Source: Octopus sinensis (taxonomy: Eukaryota). Taken from it: DNA of 64,000 nt. Location of the stretch: positions 32,054,001 to 32,118,000 of the forward strand of contig NC_043007.1 of the NCBI RefSeq assembly GCF_006345805.1, written 5' to 3'. Positions 47,060 through 58,759 of the stretch are shown here, piece after piece. The notes under the pieces were generated by a model, which saw only the letters and a list, made by a program, of their open reading frames with translations, was not told the DNA's origin and did no database searches. Position 1 is the stretch's first letter. Each line of letters opens with the position of its first letter. The translations under genes were made by a program, and so were the position numbers.

Positions 47060-47335
47060 TAATAATAATAATGAAATTATTGTATCTAGCGCTCAGGTGC
47101 ATTACAACTCATCAAAGGTGCACGTACAGTACATAGAATTATGTACAAAAGTCAGGAAAACGAACAGTATATGAGTCATGATATAGATGTGTGCATGCGT
47201 ATAGAGGTGGTGATATCAGGTGTAGTGTTGGTGAATTTCAGGAAGCATGGAGGTTTTAAAGGATGCAATGTCTTGGCAACTAACAGATAGTTTGTTCCAT
47301 GCTTCAGCAACTCTTAGTGTGAAAAAACGTTTACA
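47060..47335 (-). mobile_element. CR1-type LINE 3' end
   Basis: Minus strand FFTLRVAEAWNKL...DIASFK, then a UTR ending in (ATT)n. Confidence 0.7.
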
Positions 47336-49433
47336 AAATTCATTGAAGCTATGCTGTTTTTTGACTTTGTAGGCAGAATCACCTTAGGAAAAATCTTTTG
47401 CCCAAAGTGCCAAGCTGTAGGACTGAACTCAGGAACCATGTGATTGGAAAGCAAGCTTCCTACCACACGAACTCTTTCCTCCTTGTTCTTTGAGTTACAA
47501 TTCAAATTTCTAACTCACCAAGATTATTTATTTAAAAGTGATTATCTCCCTTACAATATCTGGCCACCAGGACACACGACGTGTTTGAATTGGATTTATT
47601 GTGTTTGGGGAGAATAAAATATTTCGAAGATGAATTCTGTGAAGAGAATGTAGAGATTGGATATGCTGTAATGTTGAATGAGGAAAACACTACCAGCCTG
47701 AGTAAATTGGGTGAACATGAGACTCCCTCCGCTTCAGGTATTCAAGACAAGTTTCCTGTTTGAAGACACTTTCTCCTTCTCTTTCCCAGTTAGTCTTAGA
47801 AGCTCTGTAAGAGGCCACGGGCAATGTTTTTGTTGTTTTTTTTTCCTAACGAGAAGATAAAAGAAAGACAGTTCAAAGTAGCAGATTTCCATCCATCCAT
47901 TTTCTCTGCCCACTAATCCTGGGTGGGTCTTGGCAGACGGAAAGGAGTCCTCGAGAAAATCCTCCATAGGGTCCTATGAGAAGTAACCACCATTCCACTT
48001 TCTGGCTGAATTCCCAAACATGACCAACCAAGACTATGAACAATGCTGTTGAGCAAAATAATGTAACTATGGCACAGCTCAGTGCATGTAATTGACCCTG
48101 CAGCCGATTATATAAGGTTTCATTTTTGCTACAAAAGCTTAACTCTCTCACACTCTCTCTCTCTCTCCCTCTCTCTCTCTCTCTCCCACATATAAAACTG
48201 AAATCATCATCGTAGTCGTCATCATCATCATCATTTGAAGAGTGTTTTCCATGCTGGCATAAGTTGGATGGTTTGACAAGAGCTGGTGAGCCAGAGGACA
48301 ACAACAAACATCACTGTCAGCTTGGCGTGGCTTCTACAGATGCATGCCCTTCCTAACACCAACCACTTTACAGAGTGCACTGGGTGATTTTTCTGTGGCA
48401 CTGGCACCAGTTGGGTCACCAAGTAATTCACAAGTAAAAAACCCTTCAACTGAGGGAGTCTTGTCTTGCAAGTTACTTAACTAGAGAATCCCTCAATTAA
48501 AAGAAGCTACTTTATGCCAAGTGATGAGATGAAGTAAGACTGAGAGATAGAAACAGATGCCTTGCTTTAGGGTCATATATGCTTACCTAAGTTGGCAAAA
48601 AAAAAAAGAAAATATTATAATCCATGAGATAAGGAAACTGCAGATTGAATAATCAATGTAAAAAGACAGCTGGAAAAAATTTTCTTTCTGGTGGCCCTGT
48701 TTACACAAAGATACAACCAGATATGGAGATAAAAGGTCAACACAAATATATACATTAAGAAAAAAAGAACAACAAAAGGCAATACTAAGATATTTCAATT
48801 GTGTGGTTGAGAAACTGAACCATGAAATCTCAAGTCTAGTCTTACTGCAACAGCACTTCGGGTTAGGGTCTTCTGCTATAGCTCCAAATTAAGCAGTCTT
48901 GTGAGTGGATTTGGTAGACTTCAAACATAGCTGATACAACCATTTTCTTAACATATTCGCATCAATAATGGAAGTCAAAAATATTTACATTGTTTCTTTT
49001 GTCTAATCTTTCTGTCACAGATATGACAAAAGAAACAAACTAAATATTTAGAGTTAAGAAAATTGCTGTATCCTCAATGTTTGAAGACTTTGTGGTCATC
49101 TGATGAGAACGATTTCTTTCAAATGATGTAAGGTTTTCATTAATCAATTAAAGGAGATGCTTGAAACGGCTGTAAGGAATTGACACAAGTACATCTTTGT
49201 TACTCATTTATATTCTATTATAAATTTGAAGAAAACAGAAAATGATGAAATATTGATTGACAACAATTAACATACATCAATTATTATTTATTAAATTCAA
49301 TACAAAGAGACTTGAGCATAATATACTTGCATATGTATGCCCGTGGTTAAACGTAGGTAATATGCAGGTAGTATAATGGATACTTCTATCCCTTAGATGG
49401 TTATTTTAACCTCTAACTCAGCTAACCTATATT

Positions 49434-49662
49434 AAATTATATTACATATATATAAGAGAGATGACCACTAAGTGGACATCCATTATGCTAGATGTAGACC
49501 CCCATATATCTTTTCATTTGTCTTGCTCGCTTACGTTCTGGAGTTCGCTGAATTTTCTTGAGAACAATCTTTTGTTAGTGGTCAGACCATATGGGTGTCT
49601 ACATCTAGCATAATTGATGTCCACTTAGTGGTCATCCTCCTTATATGTATGTAATATAATTT
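49434..49662. repeat. Fold-back element: about 74-bp inverted arms (49434-49507 and 49589-49662), about 80-nt spacer
   Basis: GATGACCACTAAGTGGACATCCATTATGCTAGATGTAGAC and its reverse complement. Confidence 0.9.
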
Positions 49663-49803
49663 TTCTGAATCTTCGGATTTTTCAATATGGTAGGCGACTG
49701 GTTTTAAATTGATATTAATCAAATTGATATTCGATTTTTCAGCCTTATTAAATTTATATTATATATATATGAAAGAATGGAGTTGAACGACGAATTAACA
49801 AAA

Positions 49804-49902
49804 TTCCTTTATTTTCGATATATGTTTCGAAGGCTGCATATTCCTAATTGTGAAGGAATAAGGAGTATATTATGCCGCTTTCTCATCAGGAAAAGCAAGG
49901 AA
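49804..49902 (-). ncRNA. Type I hammerhead ribozyme motif (Penelope-type, palindromic stem III)
   Basis: Minus strand: TTCCTTGCTTTTC-CTGATGA-GAAAGCGGCATA..loop..TATGCAGCCTTC-GAAA-CATATATC/GAAAATAAAGGAA. Stem I pairs 11/13, stem II pairs 10/12, and the core is intact. Confidence 0.72.
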
Positions 49903-50459
49903 CTTATGTCAACATCAAGATGCACAAAAAACTTTTAGATGACTGCTCACACGGAGAATAAGTACGATGCTTAATAAGGAAAAAATAAAGTCCTGGTGTC
50001 GATTTATTTGACTAAGACCCTTCAAGGCAGTACCCCAGCATGGCCGCAGTGAAATGACTGAAACGAGTAAAAGATAAAAAAAAAAAAACGTTAATAAGGG
50101 AGATAAAGAAGGACTGAAATGATCAGCGACTTGCTGGGCTTGGAAAGATCCAAGACCCATCCATCAAAGTCAAAAAGGAGTTCCTAAAAGTACATAATTC
50201 ATGTTTACGTCCCCCCTCCCTCTCCACACAACTCATCTTCCTAACCTTCCTCCTCCTTCCACCTACCTTCACCACTCTCTACATTTCCCTCTCTCCCACT
50301 CTCAATTTACCCTCTCGCCAACCTATCTGACCAACACTCCCATTCTAATTCTCTGTAACTCTTCACTTATAATACCCCCTCCCTGTAACACGAGGGGCAC
50401 ATTCTCACACACACACACATTCTCTCTCTTCTCCCCTTTTCCAACTAGGGTAAGCCATG

Positions 50460-50997
50460 TAATAACAAATTAATAAATACAACATATGCATATATACATA
50501 CATATATGTACATACCTACACCTATATGTATATATATATACATGCATATATGGGTACAGGACACACAAAAAAAAACGTCGAACACAAAACCATGGAAACG
50601 GACTTTTTCAAACAACGAAAAAACAGAGTACAAGACATCCAATACAAGGAATATTCCCCTTCTTCAGCCGCCCCTGCTTCGAATATTCCTTGGGATCTTT
50701 TCCTTTCTTTTCACACATTCTACCAGTATACGAAGTTTCAAATTGTTTAGTTAACTAGAAATTCCGTCCATCAAAAGGAAAAGATTCATTCCTTGTGTTG
50801 GATGTCTTATACTCTGTTTTTTTCGTCGTTTCAAAAAGTCCGTTCCCATGGTTTTGTTTTTTGTTTTCGTTTCTCATTGAGTTTCTACGTTTTTTGGTGT
50901 CCTATACCCATATATGCATGTATATATACATATAGATGTAGGTGTGTACATATATGTATGTATACATGCATATGTTGTATTTATTAATTTGTTATTA
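50460..50997. repeat. Long inverted repeat (arms about 190 bp) of a Penelope-type terminal sequence
   Basis: 50460-50656 versus the reverse complement of 50681-50997 once the MITE at 50693-50787 is removed; the same family occurs at 27130-27370. Confidence 0.85.
50693..50787. mobile_element. 95-bp MITE, GGATCTTTTC..GAAAAGATTC, 8-bp TSD ATTCCTTG
   Basis: Exact TSD copies at 50685-50692 and 50788-50795. Confidence 0.85.
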
Positions 50998-51683
50998 TAA
51001 GATCGAACGCCACGCATCCACTTCCAAGTAAGTTTTATCTTAGCCAAGCATCTCCTCTACTGCAACCCACCAGTTGCTATTCCCTTATCATACTTTAACC
51101 TTTCGTGACCTCTCCCCTTAGTCAAATGGGGGTCTTTGCTCGCAAGTTACTTGATGACCTTACTGGTGCCATGTAAAAAAACACTTGGTACTCTCTTTAA
51201 AGTAATTATACCATTAGGAAAGTTATTCAGCCATAGAAATTATGCCAAAGCAGACAGTGAAGCTTGGCACAGTCAGTAGTCCTCTGGTCTGTTGGCGCCT
51301 GTCAAACCGTCCAACCCGTGCCAAACTCAGGAAACAAATGAGTGCAGGAGTGGCTGTGTGGTAAGCAGCTTGCTTCCCAACCACACGGTTCTGGGTTCAG
51401 TCCCGATGCGTGGCAGCTTTGGCAAGTGTTTTCTGCTATAGCCAAGGGTTTGACCAAAGCCTTGTGAGTCGATTTGGTAGACAGAAACTGAAAGAAGCTC
51501 GTCGTGTGTGTGTATATGTGTATGTGGGTGTCTGTGTTCGTCCTACCATAAGCACCAACTTTAACTCTGTCTGTTTGTCCCTCCGCCATCACTTGACAAC
51601 CGATGTTGGTTTCTTTACGTCCTTGTTACTTTGCGGTTTGATAAAAAAAGACCAATAGAATAAGTAGTCGGCTTACAAAGAAT

Positions 51684-51818
51684 GGATCTTTTCACTTTGA
51701 CCGGCAGATTTTTAAAATAATTTCTTTGTAACTAAGCACTTTTAAACTTCGTATACTGGTAGAATGTATTTATAAAACATTTTTTCTCTTGGCTTTCTTG
51801 AGAAAATTCTAAAGATCC
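51684..51818. mobile_element. 135-bp MITE of the same family, GGATCTTT..AAAGATCC, 8-bp TSD CAAAGAAT, inserted in a SINE tail
   Basis: Exact TSD at 51676-51683 and 51819-51826; shares ACATTCTACCAGTATACGAAGTTT (reversed) with 50693-50787. Confidence 0.88.
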
Positions 51819-52139
51819 CAAAGAATAAGTCCTGGTGTCGATTTGTTCGACTAAAGGTAGTGCTCTAGCATGGCCGCAGTCAAATGACAAACAAATAAAA
51901 GAATAAAAGAATGATGATAGTGATGATGAGTTAATTGAATTAGATAGAATCAAATTCTAATAGGCTTAGAAGTGGCTGCTTCGATACATCTTCAATTCTT
52001 TATCTAAATAAATTCTTTATCTAAATAAAATATATGACGATAACTTGATTTATTTTTTCTTTCGAATTTTCCATTTTCTCACGAATCTGTTGAGATAAGA
52101 TAAAACCAATACAAACATTATTTTGCTTTTTAAGTTATG

Positions 52140-52700
52140 TTGACATTCGTCAACAATTAAGTTCGCCTGGAAATCACGTGCTCGCACTTGTTGTTAATAG
52201 AAACTAAACCAACTCCGGTTTGCTCTCATTCATCACGTTGGGATATTGTAACCCGGTCACCAAAAAAGAAAGTGCAGAGAAGTGAGGAAAAATAGTTTCA
52301 TTTTCGTTGTTTTGTGTTGTTGTTGTAATTTCTTCATATTATTGATTGCCTGTCTGTGATGATGAAATGTAAACGATGCTGGGACTTTATTGATCTCGGG
52401 AGGAAAAAAGGGTGAAATTGCCTTCGGAGGAATTTGAACGCAGAATGCGGGTACAACTTGAGAACAGTGTCCCGGTGCCGCGCTAGCTAGTCGTGACTAG
52501 TCGATCCTTACTTTGTGTTTTTGTGTGTTATTTACTTTGTTTTAAATACTTCTTAATCAATAAGCCAGTTGGGGATTCTTTTAAAAGATTAAGAAGTGCG
52601 CGCACCGCGACCACTGTTCTCGAGTAGTACCCAGAATGCGAAGTATCGTAACCAAATATCGAAAACCATTTGTCCGATTCTTTAACGATCCTACCATGGC
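52140..52700. promoter_or_regulatory. CpG-enriched non-repeat segment, candidate promoter/first exon region of PLD3
   Basis: Visible CpG excess (GTGCGCGCACCGCGACC, CCCGGTGCCGCGCTAG) in an otherwise CpG-poor window; lies between the DHRS7 3' end and the PLD3 exons; TCACGTG at 52174-52180. Confidence 0.4.
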
Positions 52701-54301
52701 ACCAACTTTAACTCTGTCTGTCTAATCCCCACCTCTCTCTCTCTCTCTCTCTCTCATGTGCGTGTGTGTGTGAGAAAGATGCTTTGCGGTATATAGTGAA
52801 AACCGTCCACGTTCCCGCTTCAAATCCTGCCAAAGCCAAAGTTCTGAAATCGATAAAATAGAATAACCAAATGAAATGCTGACATTGATTGATTTCCCTG
52901 TAATGCATTCTAGATATGAATAGAATTATATAATTGCTAATGAAAGCTAGATGGATTAAAACCGTCCCTGAAAGACAGATCTATGAAGGGTGTTAAGGAG
53001 TGCGGTGTGACAGAAAGAAAACGAAAGTTACTGCCTAGAATGGCAGAGTGGAGTTGACAAAGGGAAAAAAATGGAATGCTTATTGTTGTTGATTAGTCCC
53101 AGATCAGCTTTGATCGATTATTGATGTAATGAATGGTGCCACGCGGCCTATAACTTTTGGTTTTTATTGAAAACTAAAAATGAATTGAATGTGATTTTTG
53201 TCCTCAGCGAGTTAAACTTCATCGGAGTGGTAAACTTGAAAATATTCTGGTGACAATTTGAAAAAGAACTGGTGCTTGGAAAGAATTTAAAAAGAATCCC
53301 CAACTGGGTTATTGATTAAGAAGTATGCCCTAATGGGGAAATATTTTTAATTACCGATATATCTTTTAATTTTTATTTACTTACTAACCAGGGGAAAAAA
53401 TCTGCATATGTAAAACTTAGAAATTACACATTAATTTAGTTTCAAAGTAGCTTTTACATTTCCATAATCCACTTTCAAACCATTTCAAAGTATAAAATGA
53501 CCCCTTGCACTTTTGAAAATAATAATTAGTAATGCATATACCATCTATATCGAACCCTATCATTTTATTCTCTAATAATGAGGTTTTGTTGTTTTTTTTT
53601 TTTTTACAATTCGAAGCCTTAAAGGGCTGATTGTTAAATGAAAAAAGGGCTAAAATAGCCCCCTTCTTCCTCCGTTACACTAGGCTAAAGAAGGCGAATG
53701 ATGCCGTCGCCTCATTCAAATATTGTAAAGGACCGCCGTTAAAGTTTCTGATAAATTATTTTCTCATCAATTATTAATTTAGTAATAGGAAATTCCGCGG
53801 AGGTTGACTTAGCCTTTAATCCTTTCGGGGTCAAATGAACTAAAGCGTCAGTCAAGTATTGTGTCAATTTAATGAACTTGTCTCCTATCCTCAAAATTCA
53901 TAGCCATACGTCATAATTTGAAACAATTTAGTCATGGGAAAATATATTCTCTGTCTTTCGTTTGTAGGAAATTTTCTTTCAGCCTTTTCATTTATTTATT
54001 TATATTGTGTGTCAGGAGAGGAAGGACGAGTATAAGGATTATTGAGGTTTTGTAAACAACTGAACTGTCCCTGACGATATTCTAAACTGGGGACAATAGT
54101 ATGCTTTGTATGCAATAAGGTCTCCCTCAGTTCTGCTCTATTTTATTTCAAAGCCACGATAATTGTCAATAGTGAGGTGTTTGTCGGTGTCGACTTTTAC
54201 ACAGTAGGTAAAACTATTTACTTAACTAGTTGTGTGTGTGTGTGACGATGCTAACAGGAAAAAATAGTACTTGACATTCTAGAATACCTAGAACAAGAGT
54301 A

Positions 54302-54347
<46 letters not shown>

Positions 54348-54430
54348 CAAAATGGGACAAATGCGCAGGAGTGGGTGTGTGGTAAGTAGCTTGCTTATAT
54401 ATGGATATGCGTGTGTGTGTGTGTATATAT

Positions 54431-54464
<34 letters not shown>

Positions 54465-54467
<3 letters not shown>

Positions 54468-54848
54468 CATAAAACTGAAGTTGTCAGTGTATGGCAGGTT
54501 TGGTAGCCTTCAACTAATTCTATCTCCTCCGAGACCCTGCGGCACAAGTTGACCAAAATTGAGAGTATGATAGAAGAAGGCTTGCTCTTCCTTCCGTAGA
54601 GGAAAAAATTCAAATCGGACCATGTTAATACCAAAAACTTTTTACATCAAAAAGGTGCTTTTTTTCTATGAAAATCCTTATTTTTTACGATTTTTTTACT
54701 GCAGTGTCGCCATTTTTCGGTGAATTTCAACCAGGAAAATGTTCACTTAAAGAGAATAACAAGCTACATAATGCAAAATTTTTACTTTTCAAAAATTCCA
54801 ATTCTAAAGGGTCGAAACAAACCCGAGCAACACCAAGCAATACTGCTA

Positions 54849-54850
<2 letters not shown>
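54465..54850 (-). mobile_element. HINE-like element sharing termini with 34393-34792
   Basis: Ends AAACCCGAGCAAC...AATACTGCTAGT, the reverse complement of ACTAGCAGTATT...GCTCGGGTTT. Confidence 0.6.
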
Positions 54851-54879
<29 letters not shown>

Positions 54880-55083
54880 GCAATAAGAAAATGGAGGGGA
54901 TCAATAGGTGGTTCATCAACTTTTAGACATTATATTATGTCAATTTATTTACTAAAATGAGAATTACAAGAATATACATACATGTATAACATATTATGCT
55001 TTACATATAAGATATAAAATATATTAATATATAAGGATACCAGTAATTATTACAATATAACATACATGAATATAAATTGGGGA

Positions 55084-55211
55084 AATATCTTACAGCTGTT
55101 TCAGCCAATAGATAAAAATACCTCATTCTACCTTTATTACTCAAGTAGACTGAAGTAATAAGTAGATGAAATTGAGGTACTTGGGTGTTTCTCTAGGCTT
55201 TGTCAGAGATT
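55084..55211 (-). ncRNA. Degenerate type I hammerhead motif (third family) in a Penelope-type repeat
   Basis: Minus strand: AAATCT-CTGACAA-AG..long stem..GGCT-GAAA-CAGCTGTA/AGATATT. Stem III palindrome ACAGCTGT, GUA site, core G8 changed to A. Confidence 0.5.
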
Positions 55212-55779
55212 TTAGAAAGTACATAATGTTAAATATATATATAAAAAAATAAAAATACACACATATTTAAATACTTATATATATACTTAAATGTACATAC
55301 ATAAGCATACATAATAATCAGTTAATACTAATATTATTAATATTAGATGCATTATATTATTCATATTAGATATAATATAGAATATAAAATATAAACAGAT
55401 AATTTTGAAAGTTATAAGAATAATAATTTTACAATCAATATATCTTAAAGTTATTACAGTTATGTCAGAACGAAACTGCATACACATGAGGAGCGTATAT
55501 ATGCATATGCACATTACATGGAAAAGGCGTAACTGTAAAAATGCAGAATTATTGGAGTAATGGACACTCAAAAAAGTATGTATGTATAGAAATGTATGAA
55601 TGAAATCTTTAAGATTTAAGATTCAAATTAAGGAAGTGCAATAATAATATTTAGCAGTTCAAAACTCTGAGTAGTGAAATGCAGAACTAAGTTGGCTGAT
55701 TGTGAGAATTAAATATTGATCACTTTGCTAAAAACTGCAGGTGGCATTGGTTATTTCCCTTGGGTTGTTTAAATAAAAT

Positions 55780-56203
55780 ACTAGTAATATGTAGTTGATA
55801 GGATCCATTGGAGGGGCCCTGTTATCGCTTTTTTTCAACAATCTAAGTATGTCACAAGGTTTCCAGGCATGAGTTCTACTCGTGTGTCAAATAAAGTATA
55901 AAAGTTCTATAATTAGAAGTTGGACACACAAAAAAAATCAATATTCAAAGTAATCAAATATACACAATGAAATGAGTTATTTCCCTTGAGTGTTTAAAGA
56001 AAATTATTTATATGAGGTAGATATAAAGTCCCTTCCTGGGGCTGTATTATCGACTTTTTCAACAATCTAAGTATGTATCGAGGTTTCTAGACATGAGTTC
56101 TACTCATGTGTCAAGTTTCATCAAAATCAATAAAACTATGTAGGAGGAGTTAGCTGACAACACCATAAGCAAACAAACACCGATTTTCTATATATGTGGT
56201 AGA
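55780..56203 (+). mobile_element. HINE/DINE-1-like element with a ~70-bp internal direct repeat
   Basis: CAACAATCTAAGTATGT...CATGAGTTCTACTC.TGTGTCAA occurs twice; 3' end AAGTTTCATCAAAATC...GTAGGAGGAGTTAG...CTATATATG.GGTAGAT. Confidence 0.5.
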
Positions 56204-56336
56204 TGTATATGTGTGTGTGTATGTGTGCGCATGTATATATATATATATATATATCTATATATCTATATATGTGTATATATATTATATATATATATACACA
56301 CGCACACATAAACACATGTATGTGTGTGTGTGTGTA

Positions 56337-56392
<56 letters not shown>

Positions 56393-56429
56393 CATACATA
56401 CATATAAAGACATTTATATATATATCTAT

Positions 56430-57270
56430 CTTTATAAACTGTCATCTAAATTATGCAAAAATGAAAATAACACTGACATCTCATGTTAACAGATATGTTT
56501 ACCAAAATTACATAAAAATATCTTGAAATTCCAAAGAATAAATTTATTCACTAAAATTACCATTGGCTTCACCTATGGCCTCCAAATGACTTTGTAATCT
56601 CCTGCAACTCTTCTGGATGGTTTCCTTGTTTAAGTTGGTGAATGTTGTTGCCATAATCCTTGCCTTCAGTTCATCTTTGGTGTTACAAGGAGTTTTGTTG
56701 GTCTCTTGTTCAACTGGGCCCCACACATAATAATCAAAGGGGTTGCAGTCTGTGGAGTTAAGTGACCAGATATTCGGGGTGGTGTGGTTGCAGAAATTGT
56801 CTGACAGCCATGACTGGGTTCTCCTGCTTGTGTGGCATCGTGTAGAGTGCTGTTGCCAGACTTTGTCTTGCAGCAGCCACCCTCTTGACTCAGGGCAGCA
56901 CTACCTCCTCCAGGCACTTGATGTCAGTCATGTGGGAAGATGAATGGAGGCATAACATCACCATCACTATTGATCACTCCAAACACCATGATGTTGACTG
57001 GATGTTTGATTTCTATCACTCTCAGTACATGTCCTCAGATTGACACCCAAACACTCAGAAATGTTCACATTGGAGCTCGCAGCATGAATGCCAAGCAGTA
57101 CAGCATGTTGTTTCCAAATTTCTGGTAGAGTGAATTGCATCATGGTGCTGTTCTTCTCACAGAGGGTATCCAACTGACCCTACTATACTGTGTACTTGAC
57201 AAAATCAAAAACAAAGAATGCACACGTGCGAAATTAAAAATATAAAATATCAACAATTTACCCATATATA
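56430..57270 (-). mobile_element. maT-type (DD37D) Tc1/mariner transposon remnant, internally deleted
   Basis: Minus strand MQFTLPEIWKQHAVLL...NLRT//IKHPVNIMVFGVI.SDGDVMPPFIFP...WQQHSTRCH...NSTDCNPFDYYVWG...KDELKARI. There are 37 residues between the second (D changed to H) and third acidic positions. Confidence 0.85.
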
Positions 57271-58320
57271 TATATATATATATAATACAAATAAGAAAAT
57301 GGAGAAACAATTTAGTTTGTTCAGTTTTCTTATTTATATTATAAATTAACATTAAAATATTTCTTTACCTTCACCCGTTTAATACCAGAAATAAGTTAAT
57401 TGCATTGCAATTAAAAACATTTATGTATTAAGAATCTGGGTACTTTACCAACAGTATATTGGATAAATACTATCCCTTGGTGGGTTGCACCCATAACCCC
57501 TATCTTACTTGGTGTTATATATGTATATATATATATACGTGTGTTTGTGTGCATGTAAGCCTTCGCCGTATTTCTATCCAAGGGACTTTTGACCAAATAT
57601 TCTTTATGCTATTTATAGCTTTATCTGCTTTGAATTCCACCATTAAAACAATATATTTCATATCTTTCTAAATCCCAGGAAAATAAACAACTCCTGTAAA
57701 ATAAACAATGTGTGTGTTGGTGTGTGTTTGGATTGGTTTGCTCTTGTTTGCATTCCTTTTAGCACCAAATATGTTTGCTAAATGGCTTTGTTAAATAAAC
57801 ACCATTGCTCTATGCTTCATCACAGCTACAATATTCTATTTTACAGACAAACACACACCCACACCTATCTATCTGTCTGTCTGCCTGTCCTTACGTCTGT
57901 CTGACTATCTGTCTGGCTATTTATCTGTGTGTGTTTGCACACGCTAGCATAGAAAACACGTTAGATGCTGATGATGATGATGATGTTGATGACAGTTATT
58001 TCGACATAAAGTTCAGACACATCTTGAATATAAACGATGGTGTCATGTAACATTTCAATATATTTACGCATGTGATCCATGTTCATCTCAACAGACAAAG
58101 GTCAAAAAAGCAATGCAGATGACACTTGGAAAGTTACGATACATATATAGTTGTTAAGACCACAAAGTGGAGAATTTATATCCATATAGAGAGAGCATGA
58201 ACCTTTTGGCATTTATGTGAGAGATAGACTGAGACAGTTGAAGACAGATTAATCTAACTGTACTAAATGGTCATTCTCATTCCTAAGGTATTTTTCAATG
58301 TTATTATTATTATTATTTTT

Positions 58321-58485
58321 ATTATTCAGGTCACTGCCTAGAATTGAACTCGGAATCTTGGGATTAGTAGCCCACACTCTTAACCACTATGCTATATGCC
58401 CGTGGGCATATTGCGGCATATAGGTGTAGTGATTAAGAGCGCGGGCTACTAACCTCAAGATTCCGAGTTCGATTCCAGGCAGTGA

Positions 58486-58495
<10 letters not shown>
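58321..58495. repeat. Head-to-head inverted pair of short tRNA-like (Arg-ACG-like) units with (AAT)n tails
   Basis: Right unit GGCATATAGGTGTAGTGATTAAGAGCGCGGGCTACTAACCTCAAGATTCCGAGTTCGATTCCAGGC; the left arm is its reverse complement (about 88%). Confidence 0.85.
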
Positions 58496-58519
<24 letters not shown>

Positions 58520-58713
58520 TTTTTTAGACATTCACTAGTACAACACCAAAAAAAAAACCCAAATATATAGCACACTAGGCATAACAACAACATGAACTTC
58601 CAACCTGTTGTCTCTTACAAATATAAAGCAAAAGTCAAACATAGAATAATAATAATAATAATAATATCGAAAAATACCTTAGGAATGAGAACCCAGGTTC
58701 TAAATTTCCCCAG

Positions 58714-58759
58714 AACATTTGATGAAGGCTGGAGGGTATATCAGCTGAAACATTGTGTT
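58714..58759 (+). ncRNA. Degenerate hammerhead motif, same family as 29812-29857
   Basis: AACAT TTGATGA A GGCTG-gagggtatat-CAGCT GAAAC ATT GTGTT; C3 changed to U and CpG decay. Confidence 0.5.

Noticed and set aside
47581-47763. 60-aa acidic ORF
   Set aside because: Non-ATG start and no recognisable family; the region looks like decayed repeat sequence.
49092-49130. CTGATGAG followed by …TTC AAA
   Set aside because: There is no GAAA and no convincing stem I or NUH site, so it was not called a hammerhead.
52445-52456. ATG CGG|GTACAA as a PLD3 start exon spliced in phase 0 to 60346
   Set aside because: The phase fits, but the donor is weak and there is no independent support; cDNA is needed.
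58415-58495. Possible tRNA gene (ACT anticodon loop), and other tRNA-like SINE heads
   Set aside because: The acceptor and anticodon stems pair poorly, an (AAT)n tail replaces an oligo-T terminator, and the unit is repeated. Treated as tRNA-derived retroposons.
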